Source of the DNA: Lama glama
Lineage: Eukaryota
Reading direction: 5' to 3'
Assembly (NCBI GenBank): GCA_028534125.1
Contig: CM052817.1
Span: 47,866,001 to 47,930,000 of the forward strand
DNA: 64,000 nt
The notes beneath the pieces were generated by a model. The model ran no database searches and was not told where the DNA came from. It saw only the letters and a program-made list of their open reading frames with translations. The position numbers and the translations under genes are program-made. Shown in pieces: positions 1 to 13,214 of this stretch (the first letter of the stretch is position 1; each line of letters opens with the position of its first letter).

Positions 1-594
1 TGACATAAACACAGGAGGATTCCAGCAAATTACATGTAATCATCTTTCTGTGTGCTTTAGAGCAGTGTGAACTCTCACCATTTCAATATTCTCCTGAATT
101 GGTTAACTAGCAGCCTAAAATTTTTTTAATAGCTTAAGGTGAAGCTATAGAAATATAAGGATCCTCATACTTTATCCAAGAAATCTTACATACAATGGTC
201 TTTAAGTTCACTACACATGTCACATGAAAACGATGACAAAATTAGCAATGTGACAACCGAAACCATCAATGACCGGAAAAATCGGGCAATGAGGGTGGAA
301 TTCTCTGATGCTCAGCTGGCACCCCTATAACACTAAGGCATATGGTAAGTGGTGTCCCTGAGTTGAAAAGGACTCCAATCCTTTAATTTGTGGCCTTCGA
401 GGAGGCCCATGGTGGGGCGGGGCAGGGAGCAGGGTACAGAGGATAATGAGTTTGGGAGCTGAGGCAGCCCTGAGTGGAGCTATGGAGAAGCTGTTTGACT
501 TTGATCTTCATAGAACTCCCTCGTTATCATCACCATTGCAACAGGGAACTAGCGTCCAATCGCAAAGGTTCATCAGTTCAAAGTGCATTACCCT

Positions 595-1760
595 CCAATC
601 TAATAAAAATGTTCTGTTTGGTTCCAGTTTGGAGTAAGATAGAATAAACACATTCTATCCTGTCTCTTGCACTGAATTTAGCTAAAAACCTAGACAGATT
701 ATGCAGGGCAGCTATCTGACATCTCGGAGCAGGTGTATTAGGAGAAAGGACAAGACTGGAGCTTCAATGAAACAGCAGTGCATTTACCTTTCTCTACCAC
801 GGTATCCCCTGGCCTGAACTCCAAGCAGCCTGAAACCCACAAGTAAGCCTCAGTGAAGACAAAATAGTTCCAGGGAAAACTCTTTAGTTTAGGACTGAGG
901 AGTGGGTCAGGGGTTGCCTAAAACTATGAAAGAAGGGGAACTTCCTCCCCACTTGGAAGATCTATGGTCCTAAGTCCTAAGAGAGCAGGTTGAGCCCTCA
1001 CTGTTTTTCTCTCTCTGTCTTTCAACCCCCAACCCACAAACACTAGTGGAGTCATGAAAATTGCCTGGCAGAGATATCACTTATATGTGGAATCTTAAAA
1101 TTAACAAAAGATACAAATGAACTTATTTACAAACTGGAAATAGACTCACAGACATAGATAACAAACTATTGTTACCAAAGGGGAAAGAGGTCGAGGAGAT
1201 AAATTAAGAGTTTGCGATTAACACATTTACACTACTAAATATAAAACAGATTGACAATAAGGACCTACTGTGTAGTACAGGGAACTATATTCAATGTTTC
1301 AACCTATAATGGAAAATAATCTGAAAAAGGATATATATATATATGTATATGTATATGTATAACTGAGTCACTGAAACTAACACAACATTGTAAATCAACT
1401 ATAGTTCAATAAAAATAAATTTTGAAAAAATAAAAGAAAATTGCCTGCCAGAGTAAATCAAATTCCAGCTTTCTGGCAGCAGGACTGAAAAGCGATGTCT
1501 CAGGGAACTGGGAAGTGATAGGGAAATCACAGAGAGGAAGGAGCACAGGAAAGCAATCCTATTGAACTTGGCTGTGACTCCTGGTCTCACCCCCAAGCTG
1601 TACATGCATGGATCTGACCCTAGTCAGCACAGGAAAGACTCTGAGAACTAAGCTGAGAATTAGAACATTGCTCAGGTCTCAGACTTGCCAGTGAATAATA
1701 CACACACAGGTCAGATGCAAACAGGACTGCAAAGAGTTTGAAAATAGGAACGAAATTGGG
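595..1760 (+). mobile_element. Old L1 (L1M-type) 5' region, interrupted by a younger L1 3' end at 1074-1435
   Basis: Resembles ancestral mammalian L1 5' UTR sequence. It runs directly into recognisable ORF2 at about 1762. Subfamily not determinable. Confidence 0.4.
1074..1435 (+). mobile_element. 5'-truncated L1 3' end (artiodactyl-type) with 18-bp TSD
   Basis: ATATCACTTATATGTGGAATC...GTACAGGGAACTATATTCAA...ACAACATTGTAAATCAACTAT, AATAAA and A-rich tail. TSD GAAAATTGCCTG(G/C)CAGAG at 1056-1073 and 1436-1453. Confidence 0.92.
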
Positions 1761-1761
1761 A

Positions 1762-3004
1762 ATGTCACGACAGACTCCACAGACACTGAAAGGAAAACTA
1801 GGGGATACTATGCAGAGGTCTACGTACATAAATTTGTTAACACAGATGAAATAGACTGCTCAGAAGCCACAAACTAAATGTATCCAAGGTGAAACATGAA
1901 ACTGGAATAGTATCATAAGCATTAAGGAAATTAAATTAATGGATATAAACATTCCAAACAAGAAATCCCTAGGCTCAGGTTGTTTCACTGGTGAACTTTA
2001 CCAAAACATTGAAAGAATAACACAAATTCTACACAATCTCTTCCAAAAATGAGAAGATTAAGGAACACTTTGTTTTTGAGGTCAGCATTCTTCCCGTACC
2101 AAAACCAGACGAAGACAACGCAACAAAAGAAAACTACAAATCAATAATCCTCATGAACACAGGTGCAAAAATCCTCAATAAAACAGTAGCAAATTGAATG
2201 CAGCAATCTATATAAAGAATAATATACCACAACCAAGTGGAATTTATCCAAAGAGTACAAGGCTGATTCAATATTCAAAATTCAACCCATGTAATCCACT
2301 GTATTAACAGTCTATAGAAAAAAGAGACTTACAAAATTAAATCAATTGATGACAAAAAAAGCATTTGACAAAATTCTATACATATTCATGATTTAAAAAA
2401 AAACCTCTCAGCAAATTAGGATGAGAAGGCAACTTCCTCGGTGTAATACAACTAACATTATTTTTAACTGTAAATGATCGAATGTTTTCCCTAGAATGAG
2501 GACAAGACAAATATATGACTCCCACCATTCCTATTCATTATCATACTGGAAGTCCTAGCCAATGCATCAAAATAAGAAAAAGAAATAGAATGTAAGCAGA
2601 TTGGAAAGGAAGAGATACAACTTCTTATATTTACAGATGATATGATTATCCATATAGAAAATCTCTAGTAATGTATCAAAAGGAAAAAAACAAAGTACCT
2701 AGTACTAATAACTGACTTTATCAAAACTGCAGTATACGGAGTCAACAGACAAATATTAATCTTATTTCTATATACTAAAAATGAATAATTAGAAAGCAAT
2801 TTTAAAAATATGATTTATAATAAGTAAAACAGTGAAACACTAGGTATAAGTCTAACAAAAGGGATACAGCTCTATATGCTGAAACTACAAATGCCGATTA
2901 AAGAAAGCAAAGAAGACCTTTAAAAGAAAAATGGAGAGACACACCATGTTCATTAATTGGAAGACTCGACGTAGTAAAGATGTCAGTTCTCCCAAATGGA
3001 TCTA
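1762..3004 (+). mobile_element. Decayed L1 ORF2 fragment (RT region)
   Basis: Translates with breaks to L1 ORF2-like stretches (VTTDSTDTERKTRGYYAEVYVHKFVNTDEID; AAAAAGCATTTGACAAAATT = KAFDKI; TTTACAGATGATATGATT = FTDDMI, the FADD equivalent). Many stops and frameshifts. Confidence 0.9.
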
Positions 3005-3109
3005 CTCAGGCTTATCTACACCTCTCATATCATTAAAGAAGCAGAAAGGGTAGAATGAGAAAGATGAGACATCCAAAATATGAATATTACAATCTCGCAA
3101 ATAGCAGAT

Positions 3110-3618
3110 ATATTAGTTTTACATTGCTGCTCTAACAAATTAGCACAAACTTAGTGGCTTAAAATGACACAATGGGTAATCTCACCATCATGGAGGTCAG
3201 AAGCTGCTATCAAGGTGTTGGCAGCACTGCTTCCTTTCTGGAAGCTCTGGAGGAGAATTCTTTTCCTTGCCCTTTCCAGCCTTTAGGGGTCACTCACATT
3301 CCTTGACTCATGGTCCTCTTCCTACATCTTCAAGGCCAGCCACATGGTATCTCCCTGTGCCTTCCGTCTGTAATTGCACTTCCCTTTAACTCTTCTTCTG
3401 CTTCCTTCTTCCATTTTTAAGGATGTTTGTGATCTTATTGGGACCACCCAGATAAGTTAGGATAATCTCTCTATTTTAAATCCAGCTGATTAGCAATCTT
3501 AATTCCACTTGCAACCATAATTCCACTTTGCTATGTAACTCAACATATTCACAGGTTCTGAGGATTAGAATACGGACATCTTTGGGCTGGGAGTGGGCAG
3601 TATTGTACCTAGCATAAC
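3110..3618 (-). mobile_element. MaLR solo LTR (MLT1D/E-like)
   Basis: Minus strand reads CCCAAAGATGTCCGTATTCTAATCCTCAGAACCTGTGAATATGTT...GAATTAAGATTGCTAATCAGCTG...TTTAAGCCACTAAGTTTGTGCTAATTTGTTAGAGCAGCAAT, typical of MLT1. Confidence 0.85.
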
Positions 3619-4889
3619 AGGCTTTACTAACTGATGAATTTTAAGAATCTGATGTGGAATTTTAAAGGCTATTGATATGTTTAAGACAAAGCTGAAGCTA
3701 AGGAAAGGTTTCACACACAGGACAAAGAAAACTTATTTATATATAGCTGAAAGTTGAAATGTTTTTATTTTGTTCTTATAAGTTCTCCATATCTCATTAA
3801 TACTACCCAGAAGTTCAATAAGTGTTTTAGGTCAAAAACTTCCTAAGCATGAGGTTGAATTGAAAGTCCATTTGGTGCTCTGTATGATTAGGAAACCAAA
3901 CGAGTGCCATCATATAATGTAAAATATAAGCCGAAACTGAATTTGGAAGTGCATCTTAACATGATAAATGTAATCAGAGAACACAAAAAGGCATTATTCA
4001 TTGATGTACCTGGAATAAAATGAATATAATTTCATTAGTGGAGAAAAACTCTGGAAAGAAAATAGAATAATGAATAGAAAAATATCATAATAGCCAAAAT
4101 TATTCTTACATAATTTGTGTTCTTCAAGAACAATCATTTCATTAATCATATAACTATGACCTTAAAGGGTGAGTGGAGGAAATATTTATATGGACAATAT
4201 CTTTGGGTTGAAAATTAAAACATCTCTATCTGGAAATAGCTCATGAAAAATGTAATCTAGGATTCTATTAGGTAGAGGATGTCTATGCTGCTTTTAGTAA
4301 GCCATATTGACGAGTCACTTTTGCTCCATGTTAGTACATGTATTCCTGGTGAACAGATGCACCAGTGATTCTCAATCTTTCTTCCACAGTGGACACTCAT
4401 GACAGATAATGACATTCATTAATGCAATGGATGTAAATGAGATTTCAGCTCAATTCTGTGTATAGTACTTCCGATGCCACCTCTTTTTCTCCCACTCCAG
4501 GTAATACAGTTGACAGTTTAAGAATTAAATTCATGTTATTATAGGTATCACATAGAAGCCCACTTACTTCCTGGACTCTCCCTTCTTTCAATACCTAAAT
4601 AATGACCATCTGGGTCTCCATTATGTGTGGCTACACAAAGTCCAGGCCCCTTCACTAGTGCTGAGAATTCACAAGGGGAGCTTACGTCCTGCTGGCTGTG
4701 GCTATGCCAGTCTTCCCCATCATTTTTCTCCACCCCAGCCATCTCCCCACACTAATGAAGTTGTCTCTGCTTCACCTCATTCAAAACTAGACACCACTTT
4801 CCTTTCTCCGAAACACAGCTGACCCAAGGCTTTATTCTTCAAAAGACTTCCCTGAAGGAATCCTGCTATGATATAAACTACCCTCAGTC

Positions 4890-4982
4890 AGGAATCTTTG
4901 TTTTGTCACTCTTGTACCTTAAACACCTGAATAGTGCCTGGCACATAGTATGTACTCAGTTAAGGTCTGTTGACTAAGTGAA
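4890..4982 (+). mobile_element. L2 3' end
   Basis: AATAGTGCCTGGCACATAGTATGTACTCAG...TGTTGACTAAGTGAA matches the L2 terminal motif. Confidence 0.6.
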
Positions 4983-5974
4983 AAGTTTATGAAAACATAG
5001 TTAATTACAGTGCAAAATAGGAGGAAATCCTATTCCTAAAATCCATCCGTCATTCCTCAACTCTCAACCAACTTCCTAGGACCCATTCGCTCTTCTCACT
5101 GCAAAAACTTCACCTTTGTTCTAGCTGCTCAGGAGAAATCAAACCATTAACCACATAATAATCTCTTAGAAATGCTGTGGTGATCACAGAAAACACAGTC
5201 ATTTACATTGCTTTGTGGAGCAGGTGGATTTCTTTCATTCCAATCCAGCAGCCCAGAATAGGATTTTATTTTACCTTGGCCTAATCAAAGGTTTGTGTAA
5301 GTGTTTACTCCAAAAACCAAAACTCCTTCTATCTCAAACATGATAGGGAATTCATCTTTAGCAACACAAAGTGCCAGTGAAAGCTTTGAAGTCCCACTCA
5401 AAGGATCCAGATCACTCCCCACCTCTTCCATCGCCCTCCTGCCCTGCATATACAGAGCAGTCTGGAAAGTGGAATGTGCTTCCCAACCCACCATAATGAA
5501 AAGGTAAGAAGAAGAAAATGGAATCACAGAGGTCATGCCTTCCCCGTGCCCAACATACACATGAAAGATGACTTGGACTATCCTTCAATTCCTTTTTTTT
5601 TTTCAAGTAGATCACATGCAGACTGCCCTGTAATGATTGTTATTAGTAGCATATTGCTAGTGATCTTTCCTGACAGCCAGCGGTCCAAACCAGTCTTTGG
5701 TGACGCGTCAGCTGAGAGCACACAGCGATAAACCATAACCAAAGGTCTTCGCTCTCCTAGCTTTGTTTCCAAACTTACACACAGTGTGAAAGGAGTCTTT
5801 TCCAAAAGTGTAATTTACAGACTTGGAATACAACCCACACACCTGTGCATAATCAAAGCAAGAACAACTCCATATTTTTACATGAGGAAAGATCACACAG
5901 CACAGCATGGCAGTCAAGAGCACAGGAAGTGCTTCGCACCACTTAAAATGCCGAAAGGTTTCATGGCGGTACAA

Positions 5975-6140
5975 GGTAGTAGTTACGTGTACTGATTTTG
6001 GAATCAAAAGGACTTGGGTTTGAATCCAAGCTTTACCTTCTATTATTATGACCTTGAGCAAGTGATGTGACCTCTCTGAGTCAGCTTTCTCACCTATAAA
6101 TAGGCATGTTGGTACAGGTCTGCGGAGGGTTATTGTCTGG
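5975..6140 (+). mobile_element. MIR SINE
   Basis: TTGGGTTTGAATCCAAGCT...TGACCTTGAGCAAGTGATGTGACCTCTCTGAGTCAGCTTTCTCACCTATAAATAGG, the MIR core. Confidence 0.75.
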
Positions 6141-6340
6141 TGATGGATATACAGTGGTAATTCTAGAAAATCAAAATCTCAACTCGGCTGAGCCTGCAGT
6201 ACCGTCTTCCAGCCTCTTTTGCTCTGGTCAGTCTGCTTTCCCACGCTCCACAGCTACTATTTCATACCTTCCCATTCTCCTCAATCCTGTGTCTGCATCC
6301 CACCGCCAATGCCACTAAGAAAAAAAGGAGCCATCCTAAG

Positions 6341-6472
6341 TAAGATGACTATATAATTTCTCATCCAGGCTGAGACAACTTTGAGAATAAGGGGGATACT
6401 CCCATAATTACACCAGGACCGCAGGTATCAACCAAGATTTTCCCAGACAAACCAGGACATATAGTTACTTTA
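6341..6472 (+). mobile_element. hAT-Blackjack MITE (MER94-like)
   Basis: About 130 bp with degenerate TIRs (TAAGATGACTATAT ... ATATAGTTACTTTA) and internal CCAGGAC repeats. Confidence 0.7.
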
Positions 6473-6569
6473 ATAATAAAGTCCTTCAATCTGCAATCAC
6501 CAGGCTGAAATAATCCCTCTTGTATTTGCTCGCATCCTTTTTTTCCTTGCCTCTTCTTGAAGGGAAAAA

Positions 6570-7570
6570 GGTATTGCCCTTCCTATCAATGACAAATCCT
6601 TCTGCTTGTGCTCTGGACCCAGTTCCTCTCACCTTCTTACCGTCTCACCTGTTCAACCTTGCTCTTTTATTTCCTCTTTCTTGTGTCTCCAACTTCTCTC
6701 GTCTTACTGGCTCCTTTCCATCAGTGCTCAAATATTTTTCACTCTCTCCCAATTAAAAACAAAAGTCCCTCCTCAATCCCATATCCTGCTTAAGTCATTA
6801 TCTCACTTTTTGCCTGTCTTGACAGAAAAATATATGGGAAGTTTGCTACTTGTATTTTCAGTTCTAACTACACCTCTACACACTGCGGTCTGGTTTCCAC
6901 CACCATTGAAGTGCTCTTCACAAGCCCTCCACCTCAATTTCCAATATATTTCAGTCCTTACATTTCTTATGTTCGCAGCCACATTTGATACATTGGTAAT
7001 GCTGTCCTCAACACCTTCTCCCCTGACCTTGATGACACTACATTCTAAGTTTCTGGTTATTTTTCCTCAGTATCATTTGTGGACTCCTACTTTATTCATC
7101 CCTTCTTTGTAAGCATTCCTCAAAGTTCTGTATCAAAACAGACGTTTTCTGTTCTCATTCTTCTAATCTTTCCTATGTAATCTCATCTATTTCCATGGCA
7201 TCAATTACCATCTTCATGTTGATGGCCTCCAACTATGTCTCCAACCCCAATTTCTTTCCTAGTTTTCAGATCAGAATGTCCATTTCTTTTAAAATTCATA
7301 TTGGAGCTTCAAACTCAATATATGCAAAACTAAACTTATCTTCTTCAAAATATTGGTTCCATCTTCAGTGTTCCTGGTCTCAGTTAATGACACTACCATT
7401 CACTGGTTTCCCTGGTGAAAAAAAGGGAGTCATCTTAACTCTTTCTTCTTCCTCTTCCTCTATACCAATCGGTTCTAGTCTTTAAATACTGTTCAAATTA
7501 GTTTACTTTCATCATTCCCATTGAAACTATCCTAGTTCAGGTCACAATCACTTCTCATCTCTATTACAAC
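6570..7570 (+). mobile_element. L2 LINE fragment
   Basis: Pyrimidine-rich L2-like sequence (TGTGCTCTGGACCCAGTTCCTCTC; CATGGCATCAATTACCATCTTCATGTTGATG; CTCAGTTAATGACACTACCATTCAC). Confidence 0.75.
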
Positions 7571-7679
7571 TCTCTAGAAATAGTCGGCAACAACTAGCTA
7601 AAGGTATGCCACAGGTATATTGCTTTCCTTTCCTGCTGTCTTAAAGATAGGCTAACTTTTTTTTTTTTTAAAAAAAAGC

Positions 7680-7865
7680 TGACACAAAGAAGGCAGAAGT
7701 AAAGAGGAAGCAGATGCCTCTTGTAGCACATGAACCCCCAGGTAAGCAATGCCTGAAATCACATTTCTCTCAAACTTTTGAGTTATCTGAGCCAATGCAT
7801 TTCGTGTTTCTTGTTGATTAAGCAAGTGTATTGGATTTCCACCACCTGCAATTTAAAAGCAACAT
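7680..7865 (+). mobile_element. Old MaLR LTR 3' part (MLT1J/K-like)
   Basis: GCAATGCCTGAAATC...ACTTTTGAGTTATCTGAGCCAATGCATTTC...TTGGATTTCCACCACCTGCAA resembles MLT1 3' ends. Confidence 0.5.
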
Positions 7866-8009
7866 AAAATCATTGGACCAGGACATAATCTTTTATTCTC
7901 AGTTCCTAGTACAGTGCCTGGCCAATGCTTAACTTGTCGAATGAATGATGTATACAAAGCACTTTACATTCACTTTTATCTCCATACCAACAAAAAGCAA
8001 AGTGCTTTC

Positions 8010-8130
8010 ACTGATTCAACAAAAATGTGTTGAACGTGTACTATGGATCATTATTCTAGATACTGGGAATATAGCTCTGAACAAAACACACAAAACAAAA
8101 CCCTAATCTAATGAAATTCACATGTAGTGT
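8010..8130 (-). mobile_element. L2 3' end
   Basis: ATTCAACAAAAATGTGTTGAACGTGTACTATG...CTAGATACTGGGAATATAGCTCTGAACAAAAC is the antisense L2 tail. Confidence 0.55.
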
Positions 8131-8484
8131 ATTTAAAAATAATGAATCCAATGAACAAGAAATTAAGGCATGCTGTTTGGTGGAGGATTTACTATTTTTG
8201 TCTGTAAATATTAGAGAATCCCCTTGGATTTTAGGTAGCGAGATAGGATGTCTGAACCAAAGAAATCCTTCAGTGTTTATCGGCATAAGAGATTTATATG
8301 AAAATGAATCAAGGACATGATATTCACAAAAATAAGATTCAGACTAACTTTTGGGCTTAAAAGTACATCAGAAACAAATTCTTTTATAGAGCACTAAGGA
8401 TCCAGATCACAGACACTCAGACTCGCTGACCCTTTAGGTCAATATTCAAGGTACCATGAAAAAAAAATGATCCTTAAAATAAGC

Positions 8485-8615
8485 AGTCCTAGAATTGAAT
8501 CCTGGATTTAAATAAAAGCTGTTCCTTCTTAGGAAAGTTTCTTAAACTTCCTAAGCACAATTTCCTCATGATTAAAGGAGGATCATCACACCGAGTTCAC
8601 TAGGCCTGTTGTGTT
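8485..8615 (+). mobile_element. MIR fragment
   Basis: TTGAATCCTGG...CTTAGGAAAGTTTCTTAAACTTCCTAAGCACAATTTCCTCATG core similarity. Confidence 0.5.
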
Positions 8616-11600
8616 CACTGTGAAAATTAGCCAGTGATCATTTACCATTAGTTGAACGAACACTGATATAAAAATTAAGTGAGATGATAAATATGAAATC
8701 ATTTATACGATGTAATGTGCTATATAAACGTTAGTTGATTTGGTGTCATCACGATTATTATTTCTGTGAGAGCCAAGGCTGTGGGAGAGCTGGGTAGGAG
8801 AGGGTACTAGAAAGAGAAGAAAGTGTGAGAACTGACTTGAAAAGAGTTTCATGTCTAAGAGTTTAGGAGGAGAGTGAGCAAGGCCAGCAGCGATGAGCAA
8901 CATTTCCAAGCAGCGGAAGTTTGGTCACTGCTTCTGGTCTCCAGACTCCTTTGTAACGTTCATGTTTCTCTCCATAAAAACTCCTAATCCTATACTCTGT
9001 CCGTGTACCAAAATTACCTCCACACTGCCATTGTCTAAACTGGTCTTAGGAAAGCTATCTGATTAGATAACGTTTACAGTGCTGTGGAAATGCTGCTATT
9101 TTTGTGCCCTGGGGCTTTGGAGAGCATCTTGATTTTCCTACGGAATGTCACCTCCTCCTGTAGTTACTGCTTAAGGTTAAAATTCCTCCACAACAGCAGT
9201 AGGCTCTGCATGACATTTTTCCTTTTCATTTTTGTATTTTCTAATTTTTCTACCAGAATTTGGAATTGTCATAAAAATGAAAATACTATTTTTGAAAAAT
9301 AGACTTAAATAAAACCAAAATGCTCCAACGGTTTATTTCTGTTCCTTCTTCATTATCAACTGCTAATTTAGCTTTCTAATTATCTGAATTTGAGTTTCTC
9401 TGAAATGACTGTTCTCTCTCTCTCTTTAAAACTAATCGCAGCACAGTTGGAATCTAAATGTTTTAATCCTTAGCTAACTTGTTTACCCTCTCCAGCATTT
9501 GGAAATTTAGAACAGGTGGATAATGATTTCTTGTCTTGCCTTGTCTTGGGAAGTTTTCAAGGTAAATCCTGTGTGTGGGCAGGAACTGTCTCTAAGTGAT
9601 GTGTTGGGATTTAGGGAAGAAAAAATTGATTAAGAGAAGAGGAAGCCTAAAGTCACAGACTTGTATTCTCCCATCTCTGAACTACTTTCCAAATTATCCT
9701 GTTTACCTTAGCTATGTAGACATTTTTTTTCATTTAAATGAATAGCTTTCTATTAAGACATTTTTGCTAGCACAATAAACATCATACACACAATTAAATG
9801 TGTTGACTTAATGTTGTTGTTAAGCTTTCATTGGAACAAGCAATGTTATCCTATATCCTCTAAACCTTTCACATTTCTGACATAGCATAGCTGTTTGCTC
9901 ATAACCTTTTAAAGAAGAAATAATACTGGTCATGTCCAGAGGGTCACAAGGCTAAAGACAGGCTAAGGACCTGGGATGAGGAGCAGATGTAGAAGAGGGT
10001 CAGACACAGGAAGGTGCTCAGAACCTGTAATTAAGGTGGGTCTGAACCCAGTGAGCTGTGGGCAGTGGAGGTATACACATTCATTGTCAAAAGCCTGCAG
10101 GAGCCAAAAGTCTGTTCAGACCATATAAAGGGTCACGGCAAATAAAACCAATTCTACAGAGGAGAGATTAATAATGTGGGCAGCTCCAGGGTAACAGCAA
10201 CAAGTAGAAACTTTCAATTTTGCCAGCTTCCTGTTTCATCCACTGGGTTTTTATGTGGTTCTTATTGAAATGGAGACAAACCAGCGTGACGCGTCACAGT
10301 CTAAATAAAGGAGCAGGTCACAGAAGAGTATGAAAGAGAGAAGAGAGAGTAGAAAGTTTAAGTTCATCTTGGGGGGAGGGGAACGAGAGGTACAGGACAC
10401 AGTTCTCTTAAATTTAAAAAAGAAAAAGATAAGAAAAAAAATTTCAAATGTTTGAATTTGGGGATCGAATAATCAGAGCATTATTTTGACCACCATCCCC
10501 CACTGAACATTATTCTTAGATTTGGCAAGAGTCAATAATCAAATTTTAGAAATTTAAGAAAAGGACAAGAAAAACTACCTTCACCATATTTAAAGAAAGT
10601 AAATGCTATCCTAACACTTATTTTCCTGAGGGTCTTTTAAAGACTCACTATTTAGTTACAAACTCATCTTGAATGGTTGGTATAGGGGACGTGTAGCTTT
10701 GAACAATCTTCATTTCCAAAAAATACAACCCTGTGGCTTCTCCAGTGTGTAAGTGAAACAAATATCCTCCTTGGAGCAAAACTGTTGCTATGCTGAAAAG
10801 AGGAAGCAATCTTATCCAGGACTGATCAAGAGAAAAACAGAATGCTGAAATCTTATTAACTTCCAAAGCCCCGAAGAGCCAGCAGCGCCACCACGGATTT
10901 TTCTGAGTTTAGTCAAAAAGGCAATATGATTCTAAGAATAAATCAGGGATAAATTAGGTCTTCTTGAAAAGTATTACTTTTTAATACTTATGTTAAAAAA
11001 AGAATTGAAAGTAAGTCTTTGCTTCTATATGCAGAAAATCTTGTATCTAATACTTGCCTACTCAGTTTGCTTGGGTTTCTCTTAGGGAAGTGGTGGGAAA
11101 GATACCTATGAAAATAGGAATTAAGGATTTCTATTAACAGAAATAGAATGATCACATTCTATGTCATCTTATGTGTGGCTCTGTGTATCTGAGCAAATGG
11201 TGTGATAATCTCAGAATGAAAGGCAACGTGTGGAAATGCAAACTATGATTAACCGTGACAGACTTCCTCAGAAAGCAGGATTTTTTAATCCTGAAAAACT
11301 GTAAACAGAAGCAAAGATGGGCCAATACGGATTCAAGGTTGCGAGCAGCACTTTGGTATGGAGAAAACTGTTCTAAAGCAAAGACAAACTCACCATTATC
11401 TGTCTATTCTGACAAGCAAATCTGTAAATTAAAGGGACTTTTCAGGCCAATACTCAAAATTAATTAATTCCTAGAAATCCCTGGAAACCAAGTGACAAAC
11501 TCTTGACCTTTGTCCACAGTTCTTTTTAATATCAACAACAAGGAGCTTAACAGGACAAGGGGCGATTCCCAGGGGCATTTAGTAAAGTTCGTCTCTTACC

Positions 11601-11669
11601 AGGAGTCTGGAAATCCAAGTTTCAACAGCTGTGGGATTTAGGGCTAGTCATTTACTCTCTCTGAGTCTT

Positions 11670-11888
11670 TTTTTTTTCTTTTAATTGCAGTAGAGTTGAT
11701 TTACAATGTTGTGTTTACTCCTGATATACAGCATAGTGATTCAGTTATATATATATATACATACATACATATATTATTTATATAAATATATATATATTTC
11801 TTTCCACATTCTTTTCATTATAGGTTATTACAAGCTATTAAATACAACCCCCTGTGCTGTACAGTAGGACCTTGTTGTTTATCTGCTT
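11670..11888 (-). mobile_element. L1 3' end inserted into a MIR, 12-bp TSD
   Basis: Poly-T, then GTAGAGTTGATTTACAATGTTGTG...CCCTGTGCTGTACAGTAGGACCTTGTTGTTTATC. TSD TCTCTGAGTCTT at 11658-11669 and 11889-11900. Flanks are MIR-like. Confidence 0.9.
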
Positions 11889-11984
11889 TCTCTGAGTCTT
11901 AATACTCTCATCAGAGGATGGAAGTGTGCTACAAACCATTATTTGCCCTAGTATCGCTTTTACTAATAACCCCTGCCCCCACAC

Positions 11985-12394
11985 CCCCATCCCAAGTTTC
12001 GTCAAGGCACAAGGGTGCCCAGCTAGCGACTGCATTTCCAGGCTCCCTTTCAGCTAGGAATGGTCATGAAATAGCGAAGGTGATTTAGTAATTTTTATAT
12101 TATTCCTTAGAGATGAATCCACTTGCCCTGGACTTCCCTGTCCCACCAGCTGGGGAATGCCAGCAACTGAGCCACCACCCTGGATCCCGCTGGGACCTCA
12201 CAAGTGAGGATGGAAGAGTCTCCCTGCCAGCCTGGGTTCCTGAGCAATGTTACCGAGCGAAGAAGCCCCACCAGCCCTGCAGGACTCCCTCTGGACTTGC
12301 GTGTGGGAGAGAAGGAATACGCTTCTCTTTTTAAAGCTCCTACAGTTTGGATTGTCTCTGTTATGTTAGTTTATCCCCAAGCCTAGCTAATGCA
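11985..12394 (+). mobile_element. Old MaLR LTR (MLT1I/J-like)
   Basis: GACTGCATTTCCAGGCTCCCTTTCAGCTAGGAATGGTCATG...AGCCTGGGTTCCTGAG...CCTAGCTAATGCA terminus. Confidence 0.6.
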
Positions 12395-13214
12395 CAAGTT
12401 CCCAAACAAATAATCATGAAGTATGTTCCAGTTCTGAATGGAAGAAATGTAACAGGAGAAACAGAATTTTCCTTTAGGACAGAAGCAAAAGGTAGAGTAA
12501 ACCTTGTTATCCTGCCAATGATGATCGCAGAAGCACATGTTCAAGCTTAAGATCAGTTTTTAAATGATGGTCATTTCTCCTTTCTTAGCAACCCAGACTC
12601 GGAGGCCCCTTTATTACATCTTTTAATTGCTCTGTTAATCACTTCCAATGTTCTTCCATTTTACTACCATGCAGTATGACACTAGATTACCTTCACTACA
12701 AAGGCTATCTTTAAATTCCCACAGGCATTTAGTAAAGTTTTATTATCCCCAGGCATAATCCTATGAGAAGATTAGATCACTAAAAGTAGTTTTCTGCCTA
12801 TCAGCACAAGGCAGCCAGGGAGGGCTTGCAGATGATGTGGGGTCTGAAATCTTGAAATCCTGCAGCTTACAGAGCAGAGCCAGAAGGAGCTCTGGGAAAG
12901 TCACCTGAATCAGACTTGCTTTTGTTTATACAAGTTATCGACCAAAAGGAACTTAAAGAGCTCTCTCACGGCTTTGTAAAAACCCAGACTTAAATACTCG
13001 ATTTTTCACAAAACTTTTTTTTGGTGGGGGTGGGGAGAAATTGGCGAGGGAGACTTTTGTCTATCCAGGTGTCGGGTGAGCTGGGGAGAGCTTTCCTGGA
13101 AGCTCGTCTGAACCTGCTCTAACCTTCCCTCTTCTATTTCTTTTTATCTATTTATTTATTCGTTCATTCATTCATTCATTTACTGTAGATTATGATTTTC
13201 TTTTAAAATTTTTT

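Noticed and set aside
5290..5510. Possible exon ending at AAG/GTAAGA (about 5503)
   Set aside because: The donor-like motif is isolated, with no clear acceptor, coding signal or partner exons. It cannot be supported without transcript data.
6520..7485. Cluster of hydrophobic ORFs up to 168 aa
   Set aside because: Pyrimidine-rich L2 sequence gives Leu/Ser/Phe-rich chance ORFs.
10875..10900. CTCF-like motif (minus strand GTGGTGGCGCTG)
   Set aside because: Only the 3' half matches; the CCAC/CAG core is missing.
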